64,000 nt of DNA from Squalus acanthias (Eukaryota). Every line of letters starts with the position of its first letter. Within the stretch, counting starts at the first letter, position 1. The notes below the pieces were generated by a model. That model worked only from the letters and a program-made list of their open reading frames with translations. It ran no database searches and was not told the origin of the DNA. Shown here in pieces: positions 37,077 to 50,404 of this stretch. The DNA is taken from positions 62,312,001-62,376,000 of the forward strand of contig CM059432.1 of the NCBI GenBank assembly GCA_030390025.1. The letters run 5' to 3'. The position numbers were made by a program, and so were the translations under genes.

Positions 37077-37810
37077 GGCCTGGATTTTATGATAGAACTA
37101 ACGGGGAGACCATCAGCGCTCACATTATTAAAGTATAAATCAGACAGCAACATCCGCTGACCTCACATGCGCAGTTAAACGCAGAAATCAGGAAGTTGCT
37201 GTCTGAGTTGCCGTGCTCCTCCAGAAGCTACATTATACCGGCATCTCGCCAAGAGACTCGGCATTGAAACACATGGAACAGCGTGAAGTTGCTGTACTTA
37301 TGTGATAGATACACACTAAGCTTGACAGAAAAAATTAGGGCTTGTCCATTCCAGTGTAAGTACATTTTTAATGGCGTGATAAGTCTTAATTACTGTCAAA
37401 CAACCTCGCTGAAAATTTATTTTTACAAGTGTGAAGTCTCATTACTTCAGATTTTAATTATTGTTGGAGATTTAAAAAAATTAAAATTATAATTTTTTTT
37501 ATTTCCCCCCCCCCCCCTCTTAATACCATCTTTCTTTCCCTCTCTTTATTTGCTTTCTGTACATGATTTGGCATTGAATTAAATATTCTTAACTGACACT
37601 TCTGGTTTAGAGTTTGCGCTGCTCATTAACGCTTCTTCAATCTGATTGGTTAAGGAGATACACAGTTGCTTGCCCTGTTCACACAGATCCCCTGTAGAGG
37701 GCACCAGGCCAAAATGGCTTTCCAATCACAGCAAGTTCTAGTGCAAAAGCTCATAGAAAGTATGGGCAAATATAAGTGTAATTCGCCACTGATTGCAAAA
37801 TCCACATCCC
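37077..37810. mobile_element. Harbinger-type MITE, related to 50784-51510
   Basis: Shared internal sequence; imperfect TIR ggcctggatttt / aaaatccacatccc. Confidence 0.6.
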
Positions 37811-38124
37811 AATATGTTTTACAGTTCCAAACACGCCTATCCAAATTGCACAAAAAATGCTGAGCTATTTTAGTGGCTGCACTTTTGTTTTTAAAAACCC
37901 TACGTTTCCTGAACATCTTTACATTGTCTAATTTTGTTGTTAAATTCGTAACTGAACATACTCAAATGGAAGGAATGGTGAATAGAAATCAAAATGAATG
38001 GAGACTTTACCTTATTTATTTCGCAGATTTATCTAGATACTCTTTTACTCATGCAATAATAAGAGGGCTTTAAACTCTTGTGTTAACATTGATTTGCTTT
38101 CAGATAAATTATTGGGATATTAAA

Positions 38125-38635
38125 AACTTGCATTTATGTTGCAAATTTCACATCCTCAGGATGTCCCAAAGTGCTTTACTTGTGAAGTAGTACTTTTGAA
38201 GTGTTGGCACTATTATTTTGCTGGCAAACACATCAGCCAATTTGTACATAGCAAAGAATCATAACAACAACAACTTGTATTTATAGAGCACCTTTAGCAA
38301 GTAAAATGTCCCCAAGGTGCTTCACAGGAGAAAAGCAATGAGGTGAATGACCAGTTAATCTATTTATGGTTGTGTTAGTTGAGGGATTAACATTGGCCAG
38401 TTGACCCAGAGAACTCTCCTGCTCAGTGTTAAGTAATGCCATAGGTTCTCTTACGCCTGTCTGACCGTCTCTGCCAACACATCTAATCCAAGAAAAAGCA
38501 CCTCCCGCAATGCAGTAACCCCTCTACTTCACGGAAGACAGCCTACATTACTGGAGCTCAAGTCCTGCAGGGGGCTTGAATCTACAACCTTCTGACTCAG
38601 AGACAAGAGTGGTGACACTGAGCCAAGGCTGACAC
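38125..38635 (-). mobile_element. DeuSINE/SacSINE1-like SINE, decayed (another at ~43795-44190)
   Basis: Reverse-complement tRNA head (cttgaa..acaaccttctgactcag..actgagcca) and L2-type tail. Confidence 0.7.
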
Positions 38636-39408
38636 TTGTTAAAAGTGGATATTTCAGAACACAGAATTTTTAAATTAATGATGTTAATATTATTAATAAT
38701 ATTTATACACAAGAATGATGTTTTACAAGTAGAATGTCGGTCTACCTTTTGAGGCAAACTACATATTCGAGAAGATGCGCCAGGGTTAGAGACCTAGAGA
38801 TTTAGCATCTAAGCAGATAAATAGCAAATTGCTTTTAATATTGTGAAATGCAAGGTAATGCAAAATCACTGCTAAAAATAGTGAATGTGAATATATGAAA
38901 TACTCTTTCACTGATGTCAAATGCAGCAGGATAATAATTTAGATATACTAACTGACCAAACAACAGCATCATCCTAAGGCAAAGGAAATACGGTGTTAAG
39001 AGTGCATAAGATTTATGGAGTATCTCTATCAGATACACTAAAAAGCAAGGGTGACATCTTGTTTTGTTTCCTGAACTTATAAAAGAATCCAGGTACTAGA
39101 AAAGGTGGAGAGAGGTTTAAGGAACTGAATCTGTTTTCAATGAAAAAAGACTTGGGGGTGAGGGAAATTTGTAGGGTGGAGAAATTCATTGTATTAAACC
39201 AGGAAGTAAGAACTAGGAAATCATGTTCAGTAACTTGGAGTAACAACTCCATACTCACATTTACAATCCAACAGTCTGAATGAGTCTTGTACACAAACTC
39301 AAACAAAGCAAACCAAGTGAACTATTTTCTAGTTCCTGTGTTCGGTTGTCACAAAATTCAGTTTTATAAGCAATAACCACACCAATTCTAAATGTAAAAC
39401 CAACCAAC

Positions 39409-39548
39409 CTGGTGATAGCAGATGGGTTAGCTCCTTCAAGTTTCCGTTTAGCATAGTTCACCTTCTGCATTGGATACCAGCTTACTTCATTTGTGTTAAC
39501 TTCCTTACTCCATGTCCCTCCTTTTTTTAATTGTTTCAGCTCAAGGTT
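39409..39548 (-). CDS. PRKDC: DNA-PKcs penultimate exon (PRD region)
   Basis: NLELKQLKKGGTWSKEV...WYPMQKVNYAKRKLEGANPSAIT(R); 140 bp. Confidence 0.96.
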
Positions 39549-39746
39549 CTGCAAAAAGGGAGAAATGTGAGCAGTACCGCTTTTAAAAAATCAGTGCGTA
39601 ACAAACTCTTTGAATTAAATTATATTCCACATACTTTAAGTAAGCAAACTGTTTAACCAGAAAAATAACTGGCTACCTAAAGTAGTTTGGGCATTTTTTG
39701 AACAAATAGCTTGCACTCAACATATTTTACCTATTGAGCACAGAAT

Positions 39747-40080
39747 TATCATAGAAACATACAGCACACAGGGGGGCCATTCGGCCCATCGTGCCTGTGC
39801 TGGCTCTTTGAAAGAGCAGACGTGCTTAGTCACACACCCACGCTTTTTGTCCATAATCCTGCAAGTTCCTCATCCTCAAGTACCTGTCTAACTCCCTTTT
39901 AAAATTATTTATGGAATCAGCTTCCACCACCTTTTCAGGTAGAGCGTTCCAGATCCCGACAACTCAGTGAAAAAAATTCTCAATTCCCCTCTAGATCTTT
40001 TGCCAGTGATTTTAACTCTGACGTCTGGTTATTGACCCACTCGCCAGGTGGAATAGTTTTTCTGTATTCTATCAAAACCT
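39747..40080 (-). mobile_element. CR1 3' fragment
   Basis: catagaaacatacagcac tail and end of ORF2. Confidence 0.75.
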
Positions 40081-40625
40081 CTGGGTATTCTGCGGTGAGT
40101 GTCTCACCTCATGACTCCCCAAAGCCTTTCCACCATCTACAAGTAAGGACTGCGATGGAATACTCTCCACTTGCCTGGATGAGTGCAGCTCCAACAACAC
40201 TCAAGAAGCTCGACACCATCCAGGACAAAGCAGCCCGCTTGATTGGCACCCCAGCCACCACCTTAAACATTCACTCCCTCCACCACCGGCATACCGTGGC
40301 TGCAGTGTGTACAATCTACAAGATGCACTGCAGCAACGGGCCAAGGCTATTTCAACAGCACCTCCCAAACCTGCGACCTCTTCCACCTAGAAGGACAAGG
40401 GCAGCAGGCGCATGGGAACACTATCACCTGCAAGTTGCCTTCCAAGTTGCACACCATCCTGACTTGGAAATATATCGCCGTTCCTTCATCATCACTGGGT
40501 CAAAATTCTGGAACTCACTCCCTAACAACACTGTGTGAGTATCTTCACCACACAGACTGCAGTGGTTCTCAAGGGCAATTAGGGATGGGCAGTGACACCC
40601 ACATCCCAGGAATGAAAAAAAAGTG
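40081..40625 (+). mobile_element. CR1/L2-group LINE 3' fragment (second copy ~61100-61735)
   Basis: MEYSPLAWMSAAPTTLKKLDTIQDKAARLI...FWNSLP, a non-LTR RT C-terminal region, repeated at 61234-61686. Confidence 0.75.
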
Positions 40626-40973
40626 AAAACTTAAAGAATGAGAACCACTGTAGACATGACCTAGCATAATTCACAAGAGGTAGAATAAAATTGACAGGTC
40701 AGTGAGCTTGAAAATTGGTGTTGATGCAGCCATTTACTGTTGAAGATTTTGACAAAGGAGACCATCATCCCATTTTCATTCCTGCTCTTCATACCTCAGA
40801 AAGCAATGTAGATTTCACATTATACTTTGGTTACAGCCAAGTCATAATCTCTTACATCATTTCAGAAGTTCCTAGGAGGAGATGCATCACACTAAAACTG
40901 CTGTCGAAGAATTATGAAATCCATTCATTTTAATTACAGCGCAGTATCACTGCTCCTTTCCATTGCCAGTTAC

Positions 40974-41162
40974 CTTCCAGTCTAACGATGGCTCTTTCAC
41001 AAAGATGTCCATGGTACTGAGGAGGAGATCTGGATCTAGACGGAACGCTCGCAATCCATGCACCATTGTGCTGTAGATAAGGCCAGATTCCTTCATTGGG
41101 AGCATGAGGTTCAGAAACTGACGAGTTAGGCGGAATGGCATCAACTCTGGCACTAGCAGAAA
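40974..41162 (-). CDS. PRKDC: DNA-PKcs exon (kinase C-lobe)
   Basis: [28 protein letters not shown]...[10 protein letters not shown]; 189 bp, phase 0-0. Confidence 0.97.
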
Positions 41163-42874
41163 CTAAAAGGAACACAGAGCCATAACCAACACTTAAGCCT
41201 TACAACACACAGATTTTAAAATAAGCACATCTTTTCTGCCACAGAAAATTACAAAATGAGAGTAGGCAAATGTACAGAACCACAAAGCTAATCCTGATCC
41301 AACCATCACATTGCATTTATATCCAATATACATTTTGTAAAAACATTGAAGGATGTTCAGATTCAATCCAAAATTAACTCTCCCAGGCCATTTTCTTCTG
41401 AAGGTGCTGACTCACACCGAAGTACAGTCCCACTGATGCTGTTGGCCTCCGCTATCTCACCCACATGATCCTAGACACCGAGTCTTTGCAGCTGAGCCCA
41501 TTAAGTGGAGGTGAGGCATTTCTCCAGAATTTGAGAATTATATAAAAAGGGGAGTCAAACAAGATGACACTCACTGCTTACTAAAATATCTTTATCGCTT
41601 GTTGCAAAGCATTACAACATATTGGTGTACTAACTTAGTGTCTTATGGTTGATACTCTGCAGGTAGGTCCTGCGGCTCACTACACAACAAATTACTGAAC
41701 TGTCTTGGGAAGCTCCAAGCACAGATCTGAAGATTTCCCAGAAAAGAAAGGAAAAGTGGAAGGTTAAACCAACCACTGCCTTCCTTGAGCACCACCTAGC
41801 ACCATGTTCAGAACTGACAGTACCAGAATCCTGAGAACAGGTCATCTTCTCTCCCACCAGACAAGGAACAGTGCATTTTCAGACGTACAGACCAGAAACG
41901 TCCTAGGTTTGATCTGTGGCCTATACGGAGTAAGCCAATCTCAAATCGGGCAGCGGAAAAGGTGCTACAATTGGCATCACACCCAAAGTGAGAAGGGAAA
42001 AAAGTGTCACATTACCACTCCTGATCGGTATTCAGCAACCCTTATACAGCGAACCTGTGTGGATGTCAAATAAGAGTGTATCAACTACCTCTAGATTCAC
42101 AAATGGAAAATGACCTTTTAGATGAGTACCAGAGAGTGATTGGAACCCATGGAACTTTACTCCAACAAGGAGTCCACATCTTCAGGAAAGGGAAGAAATT
42201 TGGGGAGAAAAAACATCATGTGACTGGAATTGAAATACTAAGGAACATTAAGCTTCCCTGTCGCATACAGTGAAATAAATCTCAATATCGCTGCTGTTCA
42301 AATCATGAGAAGTGACTGCAGACACCAGCCATCCATGGCATCCCTGCAGTGAAAAACTAAAAACTGTAAGCGTAAATAATCCCCTAACTGTATACACCAA
42401 ACATAATAGCACAATCTAGAGTATGTCCCAAGGCAGTAACAGATCTTGAGTTGAGATGACATTGATAAATGCTCAAGCTTAAGAGTATCGCATATCTTCT
42501 GAGGATTGAGCCAGCTTTATCTTTTTGCACTTTAAGACTCTTGTAGATACACTTCAGGAATAATTGATATAAAAATAGCAACAAAATTAAGAGCTATCTC
42601 ACTTTTAGTGCAAAAATAATTAAGTTTTCAAATGAAACCAAAAATTTCCAGAATATCCAAATTAAATATCAGAACTTGACACTCCATGAACTTTCCTCAA
42701 ATTAGCTGATTTTACAATATCCCAGGATGGCAAGGTCAGTTTTTTTTAATAAAAAGGGCAGCTGACAAATACTAACATCTAAGAATTATTTGCTAGTGGT
42801 AATTACATACTTTTCTGCTTTTCTTTTCCTCTTCCTGATAAATTTCATCACAGAACAAGATCTCATAATCATAC

Positions 42875-43076
42875 CTGAGTAGCAGAACCAAATGCATGAC
42901 CAAAATCTATTCCCACCATGCCCCCGGTTTCCAGGTTGATCATGAAATTGGAGAGATGCCGATCACCGATACCCAGAATCCAATGGCTGACACACATTAA
43001 TGCATGAGAACTGGCAAAGTGGGAGCGAAGAGCGAGGAAAGCTTCTGGAGTGGTACTCATCTTTGTAAATGCTCTC
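42875..43076 (-). CDS. PRKDC: DNA-PKcs exon (catalytic loop and DFG)
   Basis: [45 protein letters not shown]...[13 protein letters not shown]; 202 bp. Confidence 0.98.
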
Positions 43077-44392
43077 CTGGATAAAATGACCAGAATAGGG
43101 AGAATGAGAATTAGGAAACAAAATTACATTAATGTAAACTTGGCTTTCAATTGCTTCATTAAAAAAATTTCAGAAGAAAGAAACAGTAATTTAGCACAGT
43201 GACTACTTCATAATCTCACACAATGCTAAAACTGATTAACAAAAATGCTAAGCCACAGCCGATCTCCCCCTTCATATTTCTTTCATTTTCTGTGTTTCTA
43301 ATGATTTTAACACAAATCAGATATAAACATAACACCAAGTTCTGGCTGAGATGAAACCTAACTGGAACAACAGACTTGTAACGTTGTTGCTCGATTTGTT
43401 GTATAAATGTCATAAAACATTAGGATTAGGTGCTGTGCTTTCGATAGCACAAAACATGTATTAAATCCAATACTGATAGCAGGCTGTTGTCACCCATGTG
43501 GTTTTTGAAGCAGGCAACAACTGACACTTATATAGCAGCTTTAATACTGTGCAACATCGCACAATGCTTCACAATAGAGCAGATGGAACATCAAGCAAGC
43601 CTGGGAGAAGGTATGGGGAGGTGACCGAAAGTAGACCGCATTATTGCATATCCTGTGCTCAAGTACTTAACTATTTTTAGCATTCCATAATGCAGGGCAC
43701 CTCATGTGCAACAGTACTGCAGACACAGAGAACAGCATTATTAGACTCAACCTGCACAATCATGTGATACACTCCAGAGCTCATGCAAGAAAAAAATTGC
43801 ATTTATATAGTACTTAAGGATGTTCAAATTGCTGTACAGCTAAATTAATAACTTTTTTTTTAGTAGCTGCTGTTTGTTGCTTTGCAGGCAGTCAGTTTCC
43901 ACAAATAGCAAATGAGATAAATGATCAGTTAATTTATTTTGAGAATGTTGGTTGAGGGCTGAATATTAGCCAGGATACCAGTTCTTTTTAGAATAGTGTC
44001 ATGTGATCTTTTACATCCACCTGAACAGGCAGACACGGTTTTGGTTTAATGTCTAACCTGAAAGACGACACCCATGACATTGCAGCTCTTCCTCAATACT
44101 GCACTGAAGTGTCCGACTAGTTTATGTGCTCAAGTCCTAGACTGGACTTCTGACTCAGAGGCAAGAGTGTTACAAATTGAGCCAAGCTGATGTAGGTGTG
44201 ACCATACCTGTTTTGGTGTTCACACATGTACGCAGCACTTTTAAAAAATGCAACAGACTCCATACTAGTCGCTTGCCCCTTTTGGAGTGATGGCAACTCT
44301 AATAGAAGGATTGGCAATTTGTTTAGAAACTTATCAATTGAGCTGCTTTCTGTTGACTCATTACCAGTAGGCTCCTCCAGTCAAAAGGTTAT

Positions 44393-45282
44393 GGGGGAAA
44401 AATTCAGTATCGCCCCGTTTGGGACGCAATTATCGGCCGGGCGCAAAGATTAGCGCCTGGCGCTAATTATCACCTCCGACTGCAAAATTGACTTTTATCG
44501 CCCCTGGAGGTGATTGGAGCACTAAATCAGGCGCTACACATCTGTCTTAAGGCGCAAAGGCCGAGGAGCGAGGCGCTAACTCAGAGCACTGGCGAAGCTC
44601 ATGTGATGTCAGTCAGCAATGGAACACAGACACAATGGCGCAGGCCAGTTCTTAAAGGGCAGGGTTGATATTGCTTTCCATCCACATCCTGCTCATTGCA
44701 GCCTTGAATCTCGGCCTGGAGAGACCTGTACATTACATCTGCTGGAAAGAACAATGGAGAGAACCAGGGAAAGAGCTCAGAGTGCAACCCCCACAGTCTG
44801 TTCTAAATTGATACAAGGAAGGGCAAATCAAAATGAACCTGCAAAGTGCTGCTCAGTACCCAAAACTCCTTAACACAGCGTTGAATCTCTCCAGAAGTCT
44901 CTCTCTCTCTCAGAATGCGTGGTTCAAAAATGTCACCAACAAAAAAAGGCAGGAAGCGGTCGCCTTTAAATAGCACTCCCCCAGTCCCTTCCTGACTGCA
45001 AAACGCTCCCCTCAACCTGTCGTTGCTAGCGGCAGGCGGTAAGGCAGGGGGCGCCACTCAATATCCGCTCTGGGGCGCTACCGGGGCGTTGCGCACTCGA
45101 CTAACGTCACGATCTGCCGGCGCAGGAGATCGTGGCGGTGAGTGTTTAGCGCCGCCGCAAAATGTCTAGTTAATTTCGCGAGCAGCGCAAAAATCGCCGC
45201 GCCCGGGCGCTAGTTGCTTTGTGCCCCATTAGCGCCCTCTTAAGGCGCTAACGGGAGGCGCAACCAACTGAATTTTTCCCCC
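44393..45282. mobile_element. Non-autonomous PIF/Harbinger element
   Basis: Perfect 16-bp TIR gggggaaaaattcagt / actgaatttttccccc, TAT TSD (44390-44392, 45283-45285), CpG-rich arms. Confidence 0.85.
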
Positions 45283-45895
45283 TATGTCTCTAGGCTATTA
45301 TGTTTCTTTAAATACTTTAATACATTTGTTTATTTTGTTCCTCTGATGACAAAGTATATTAAATTTGAGATCCACCTAAAATTTAGAACAAAAAACCAAG
45401 GATGAGAAAAGACTGTTTGGTTCCTATTAGCTTAACCCTCTAATCTCTAACCCTCCCATCACCATCCAACCATATTTTAAATAACCCCAATTAAAGTTAA
45501 AAAAAAATCCTGTGACCAATGTTTCAATAAACTTTGTCAAAGAGTGGACAAGCTTGGTGTTAGACCTGTAAGACTTGGCCATACTATCACAGATGGGCAC
45601 ACAGGGACGACATTGTGAACCTGAGGATAGGAGCTCTGGGCAGGTCTCACATGGATTTATGCCTAGTTTGATAAAGCTTCCAAGGCAACATTAGCACCCA
45701 AAGCTTAGAACACATCCAGCTACTGTCAAAATAGGAGACTGATAGGAAAGCAACACAGAATTCTCCATCAAGCAGCAGCAAGCAATTATTTTGGCGAGAA
45801 AAGTAACTAACTCACATAATGGAGAAGTGGTGAGGGCAGTCAAATGAACTATAAATCATTGTACCTGCATGTTATTGAATAGGTTATTGATAATT

Positions 45896-47712
45896 GACAA
45901 GGGAGAATCAGGCTGAATATAAAAAGTACAGAGGAGAAGTGAAAAAGGAAATAAGAGGGGCAAAGAGAGAGTACGCGAATAGATTGGCGGCTAACATAAA
46001 AGGTAATCCAAAGGTCTTCTATAGGCACATTAACAGTAAAAAGGTTGTCAGAGACGCAGTGGGGCCGATTAGGGAACAAAATGGAGATCCATTGGTGGAG
46101 GCAGAAAGCATGGCTGCGGTACTAAATGAATACTTTGCATTGGTGTTTACCAAGGAAGATGACTTTGCCAAAGCTATGGTAAATGAGAGGTTGCTGGAAT
46201 ACTGGATGAGAGCAAAATAGATAAAGAGGAGGTACTTAAAGTGGATAAGTCACTCGGTCCGGATGGAATGCATGGTAGGTTGCTGAGGGAAGTAAGGATA
46301 AAAATTGCGATGGTGCTGGCCACAATCTTCCAATCCTCCTTAGATACAGTGGTGGTGCCAAAAAACTGGAAGATTGAAAATGTTACAACCTTGTTCTAAA
46401 AAGGGGCGAAGGATAAACCTGGCAATTACAGGCCAGTCAGTTTAACGTCAGTGGTGAGGAAGCTTTTAGTAACAATAATCCGGAAGAAAATTAACAGCCA
46501 CTTGACTAACTTGATTGAGTTTTTGATGAGATAACAGAGAGGGTGGATGAGGGCAGTGCAATTGATGTTATGTATATGGACTTTCAAATGTGTTTGATAA
46601 AGTACCACATATTAGCAAAATTGAAGCCCATGGGATAAAAAAATTGGCTAAGGGGTAGAAAACAGTGAGTTGTGGTGAATGGCTGTTTTTCGCACGGACG
46701 GAGGTATACAGTGGAGTTCCCCAAGGTTCAGTACTAGGACCACTGTTGTTTTTGATGTACATTAACGACTTGGACTTGGGGGTACAGGGCACAATTTCAA
46801 AATTTGCAGATGACATGAAACTTGGAAGTGTAGTAAACAGTGAGGAAGATAGTAATAGATTTCAAGAGGAGATAGACAGATTGATGGAATGGGCGGACAC
46901 ATGGCAGATGAAACTCAACACAGAGAAGTGTGAGGTGCTACATTTTGGTAGGTAGAATGAGGAGAGACCATACACACTAAATGGCACAATTTTAAAGGGG
47001 GTGCAAGAAGAGAAAGACCTGGGGATGTTTGTGCACAAATCGTTGGAGGTGGCAGGACAGGTAAACAAAGCAGTTAATAAAGCATATGGGATCCTGGACT
47101 TTACAAATAGAGGCATAGAGTGCAAAAGCCAGGAGGTTATGCTGAACCTATATAAAACACTAGTTTGGCCCAGCTGAGTATTATGTCCAATTCTGGGAAC
47201 CGCACTTTAGGAAGGACGTGAAGGTTTTGGAGAGGATACAGAAGAGATTTATTAGAATGGTTTCAGGGATGAGGGACTTCAGTTATGTGGATAGACTGGA
47301 GAAGCTGGGGTTGTTCTCCTTAGAGCAGAGAAGGCTATGAAGAGATTTGATTGAGGTGTTCAAAATCATGAAGGGTTTAGATAGAGTAAATAAAGAGCAA
47401 CTGTTTCCAATGGCTGAAGGGTCGATAACCAGAGGACACAGATTTAAGGTGATTGGCAAAAGAACCAGAGGAGACATGAGGAAAAACTTTTTTATGCAAT
47501 GAGTGGTTAGGATTTGGAATGCACTGCCTGATAGGGTGGTGGATACAGATTCAAATAGTAGTCTTCAAAATGGAATTGGATAAATACTTGAAGGAGAAAC
47601 AGTGAGGAAGATAGTAAGGGATATGGGGAAAGAGATGGCGAGTGGGACTAACTGGATTGCTCTTCAAAAGAGCCGGCATAGACTCGATGGTCCAAATGGC
47701 CTCCTTCTGTAA
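45896..47712 (+). mobile_element. CR1 fragment (A-like ORF2 family), intronic and antisense to PRKDC
   Basis: Frameshifted RT ORFs ([14 protein letters not shown]) and 3' UTR. Confidence 0.9.
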
Positions 47713-47714
47713 TA

Positions 47715-48225
47715 GCAACAGAAAATGCCGGAAAACATCAGCAGGCCAGGCAGCATCCATGTAGAGAGAACCAGAGTTAACGTTTCAGGTCTGTGACCCT
47801 TCGTCAGAACTGGAAAAAGTTAGAGATGTAACAGATTTTAAGCAGGTGCAGAGGCAGAGAAAGGGGGAGGGGAGGAAAGAACAAAAGGGACGGTTATGTG
47901 ATAGGGTGGAAGGCAGGAGAGATTAAATGTTGCAACTGGGGATGGCAGAATAATCAACAGCTGCCGCCTGAAAAAAAATAGGGGCAGGGGTTATAGTCTG
48001 AAATTGTTGAACTCAATGTTGAGTCCAGAAGGCTGTAAAGTGCCTAATCAAAAGATGAGGCGCTGTTCCTCGAGCTTACGTTGAGCTTCATTAGAACAGT
48101 GTAAAAGGCCGAAGACAGAGAGGTCAGAGTGGGAGTGGAGCGGAGAAATAAAGTGACAAGCGACCAAAAGCTCGGGGTCACCCTTACGGACTGAACGGAG
48201 GTGTTCCGCAAAGCGGTCACCCAAT
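47715..48225 (-). mobile_element. Penelope-like 3' fragment
   Basis: GIY-YIG C-terminal part LGDRFAEHLRSV...VACHF...RKLEEQRLIF followed by the terminal repeat. Confidence 0.85.
47775..47811 (-). ncRNA. Minimal hammerhead ribozyme motif, sense within a PRKDC intron
   Basis: AGUU-CUGACGA-A-GGGUC(ACA)GACCU-GAAA-CG-UU-AACU. Confidence 0.75.
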
Positions 48226-48294
48226 GTGCTGTACTCTTCTATATGACTGAAGTACAATCATGATATAATATTCATATTTAATGCCTTTAATCAC

Positions 48295-48366
48295 CTTAAT
48301 AGATCTTGTGGTACAGCTCGCTCACAGTCTCTGAAAGCTTTGACTGTTTCAGTCCGACTGGCTTTC
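48295..48366 (-). CDS. PRKDC: DNA-PKcs exon
   Basis: (M)KASRTETVKAFRDCERAVPQDLL(R); ttgcag acceptor, gtgatt donor; 72 bp. Confidence 0.92.
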
Positions 48367-49636
48367 CTGCAAGGGAAAAACGTCAAAGTATTATTAGACA
48401 CCTTAATAACTCCTCTGGATCAAATGTGAAATTTGTTTGTCAAGCAAGGGAACAATTCTATGCAAAACATCTACTCATAGTCCCTGCGGTGGCACCATTT
48501 ATTCTACCAGTACAAGCAGCGAGACCCAGTTGATGAGATTCACACAAAAAAGTCTGATTTCAGCAATACCATGATAGTGGTCAGAGGCCAACTACTTCTC
48601 CACAGTGAGAGGGGGAAATTCAAAGGGTAAGTCACCGCTGGGTAATTCTGAACACATCCCATGGCCACTTTCAGAGAGACATTGGCAGATGCCGGGCAGG
48701 AGGTCAGCACTCACTGATACTGCATGACACAAAAAATGGGAAATACAACTACTCTACTAAAGATTTTAAAATTAATACTGCATTTTTATATAGGCTATAA
48801 AGCAGCATTAGCTGGTTCTATTTAAACTGATGCACAGGCAACAAAACATCACAATATACTTTTGGATTAAATATACACAATGAAGATTTCTGAATTAGGG
48901 AGGAAGATCAAAATTAGTTCCCAACATTTCTCTTGGAAAACAGGAACTTGAAAAGAGGTTAGTGTGCGTGCAAGTACACGCGGCAGTCACAAAAACTTGT
49001 CCTCTTACACTTTGAATACAGCGCCTCTGTACTAACTGAATGTCATATGAATATGATTAATTTTAAGGTTTCCAGTATTTTTTTGTGATCAATTGGGGTT
49101 CGATACTTTTTCCTGCTAACCTGGCCTGACAGCAGCTCAACATTGTCACAGTAACTGGGCCATTTTAGGCTAATACTGGTTATTTGGATCGCCTGGTATG
49201 AATGCATACTGGAAACTGAAATCTTGATTTGAGGCTACTTAGTTTAACTCAGTAATCAGACTTCTTGCACAAATAGCATTGCTTCATCAGTATATCAAAC
49301 GACTGTAAAGTTTCCTTTTCCTCATTTCTCAATGATCTTCTCCCCTCCTCCTATTCTTAGGATATTGGACGGATTTTAATTTCAGTTATGTCCATAAATG
49401 GATGAAACTGGTGCATAATCAACCAAAACTACAGACGGAGACCAGTTGCACTTGATCTCCACTAATAACGTACCATGTATATTTCTGGCATTTTGAAGCT
49501 CTGGCTTGAAGCACCAGCCAAAAAAGGAGTTTTAGTTTGATACTTTAATAAGGAAGAAGTCATCATTAAGATGTCGGTGCTATTTCCCAGCCTTTACGTT
49601 GGATCTGGACTCATTCATGTATATGTCCATGTACAT

Positions 49637-50097
49637 GCTGTGGCTCAGTTGGTAGCACCCTCGCCTCTGAGTCAGAAGGTTGTGGGTTCAAGTCTCACTC
49701 CCGGGACTTGAGCACATAAAGCTAGGCTGACACTCCAGTGCAGTACTGAGGGGGTGCTGCACTGTTGGAGGTGCCGTCTTTCGGATGAGACGTTAAACCG
49801 AGGCCCCGTCTGCTCTCTCAGGTGGACGTAAAAGATCCCATGGCACTATTTCGAAGAAGAGCGGGGGAGTTATCCCCGGTGTCCTGGCCAATATTTATCC
49901 CTCAACCAACATAACAAAAAAAATTATCTGGTCATTATCACATTGCTGTTTGTGGGAGCTTGCTGTGCGCAAACTGGCTGCCGTGTTTCCCACATTACAA
50001 CAGTGACTCCGCTTCAAAAAGTACGTCATTGACTGTAAAGCGCTTTGAGACGTCCGGTGGTCGTGAAAGGCGCTATATAAATGCAAGTCTTTTTTTT
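49637..50097 (+). mobile_element. Near full-length tRNA-derived DeuSINE (SacSINE1-like)
   Basis: A box tggctcagttgg (49641-49652), B box ggttcaagtct (49685-49695), Deu-domain-like gagacgttaaaccgaggccccgtc...gtaaaagatcccatggcact, and L2-type tail gcgctatataaatgcaagtc. Confidence 0.88.
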
Positions 50098-50404
50098 ACA
50101 ATGGGTATCCAGGGTTGTTAGTGAGCAGCTTGATGCAGAAGTTAATATAAAGCCCAGGAGACATCAAAGTAATGGTTTGAAGGATGCCTTGTAAGTGGGT
50201 TTATTGTGTTTTTCCTATCTTTTGGCCCAGTTAATTAATGTATGACTTCAGTTATCAACCTCTGAAATATTCTGTCTACTAGATTTGAGTATAAGCAGTA
50301 CTAATCAGGTCGTACAGTCTGAGCCATCATTTAAGGTTAAAAGCAGCTGAAGCACCCAAAATGCTTAAAAGTTAATGTTATGTTCCAAGGCAAATTTTAC
50401 TCAC

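Noticed and set aside
49637..49710. tRNA gene
   Set aside because: A and B boxes are present, but it is the head of a SINE with no complete acceptor stem.
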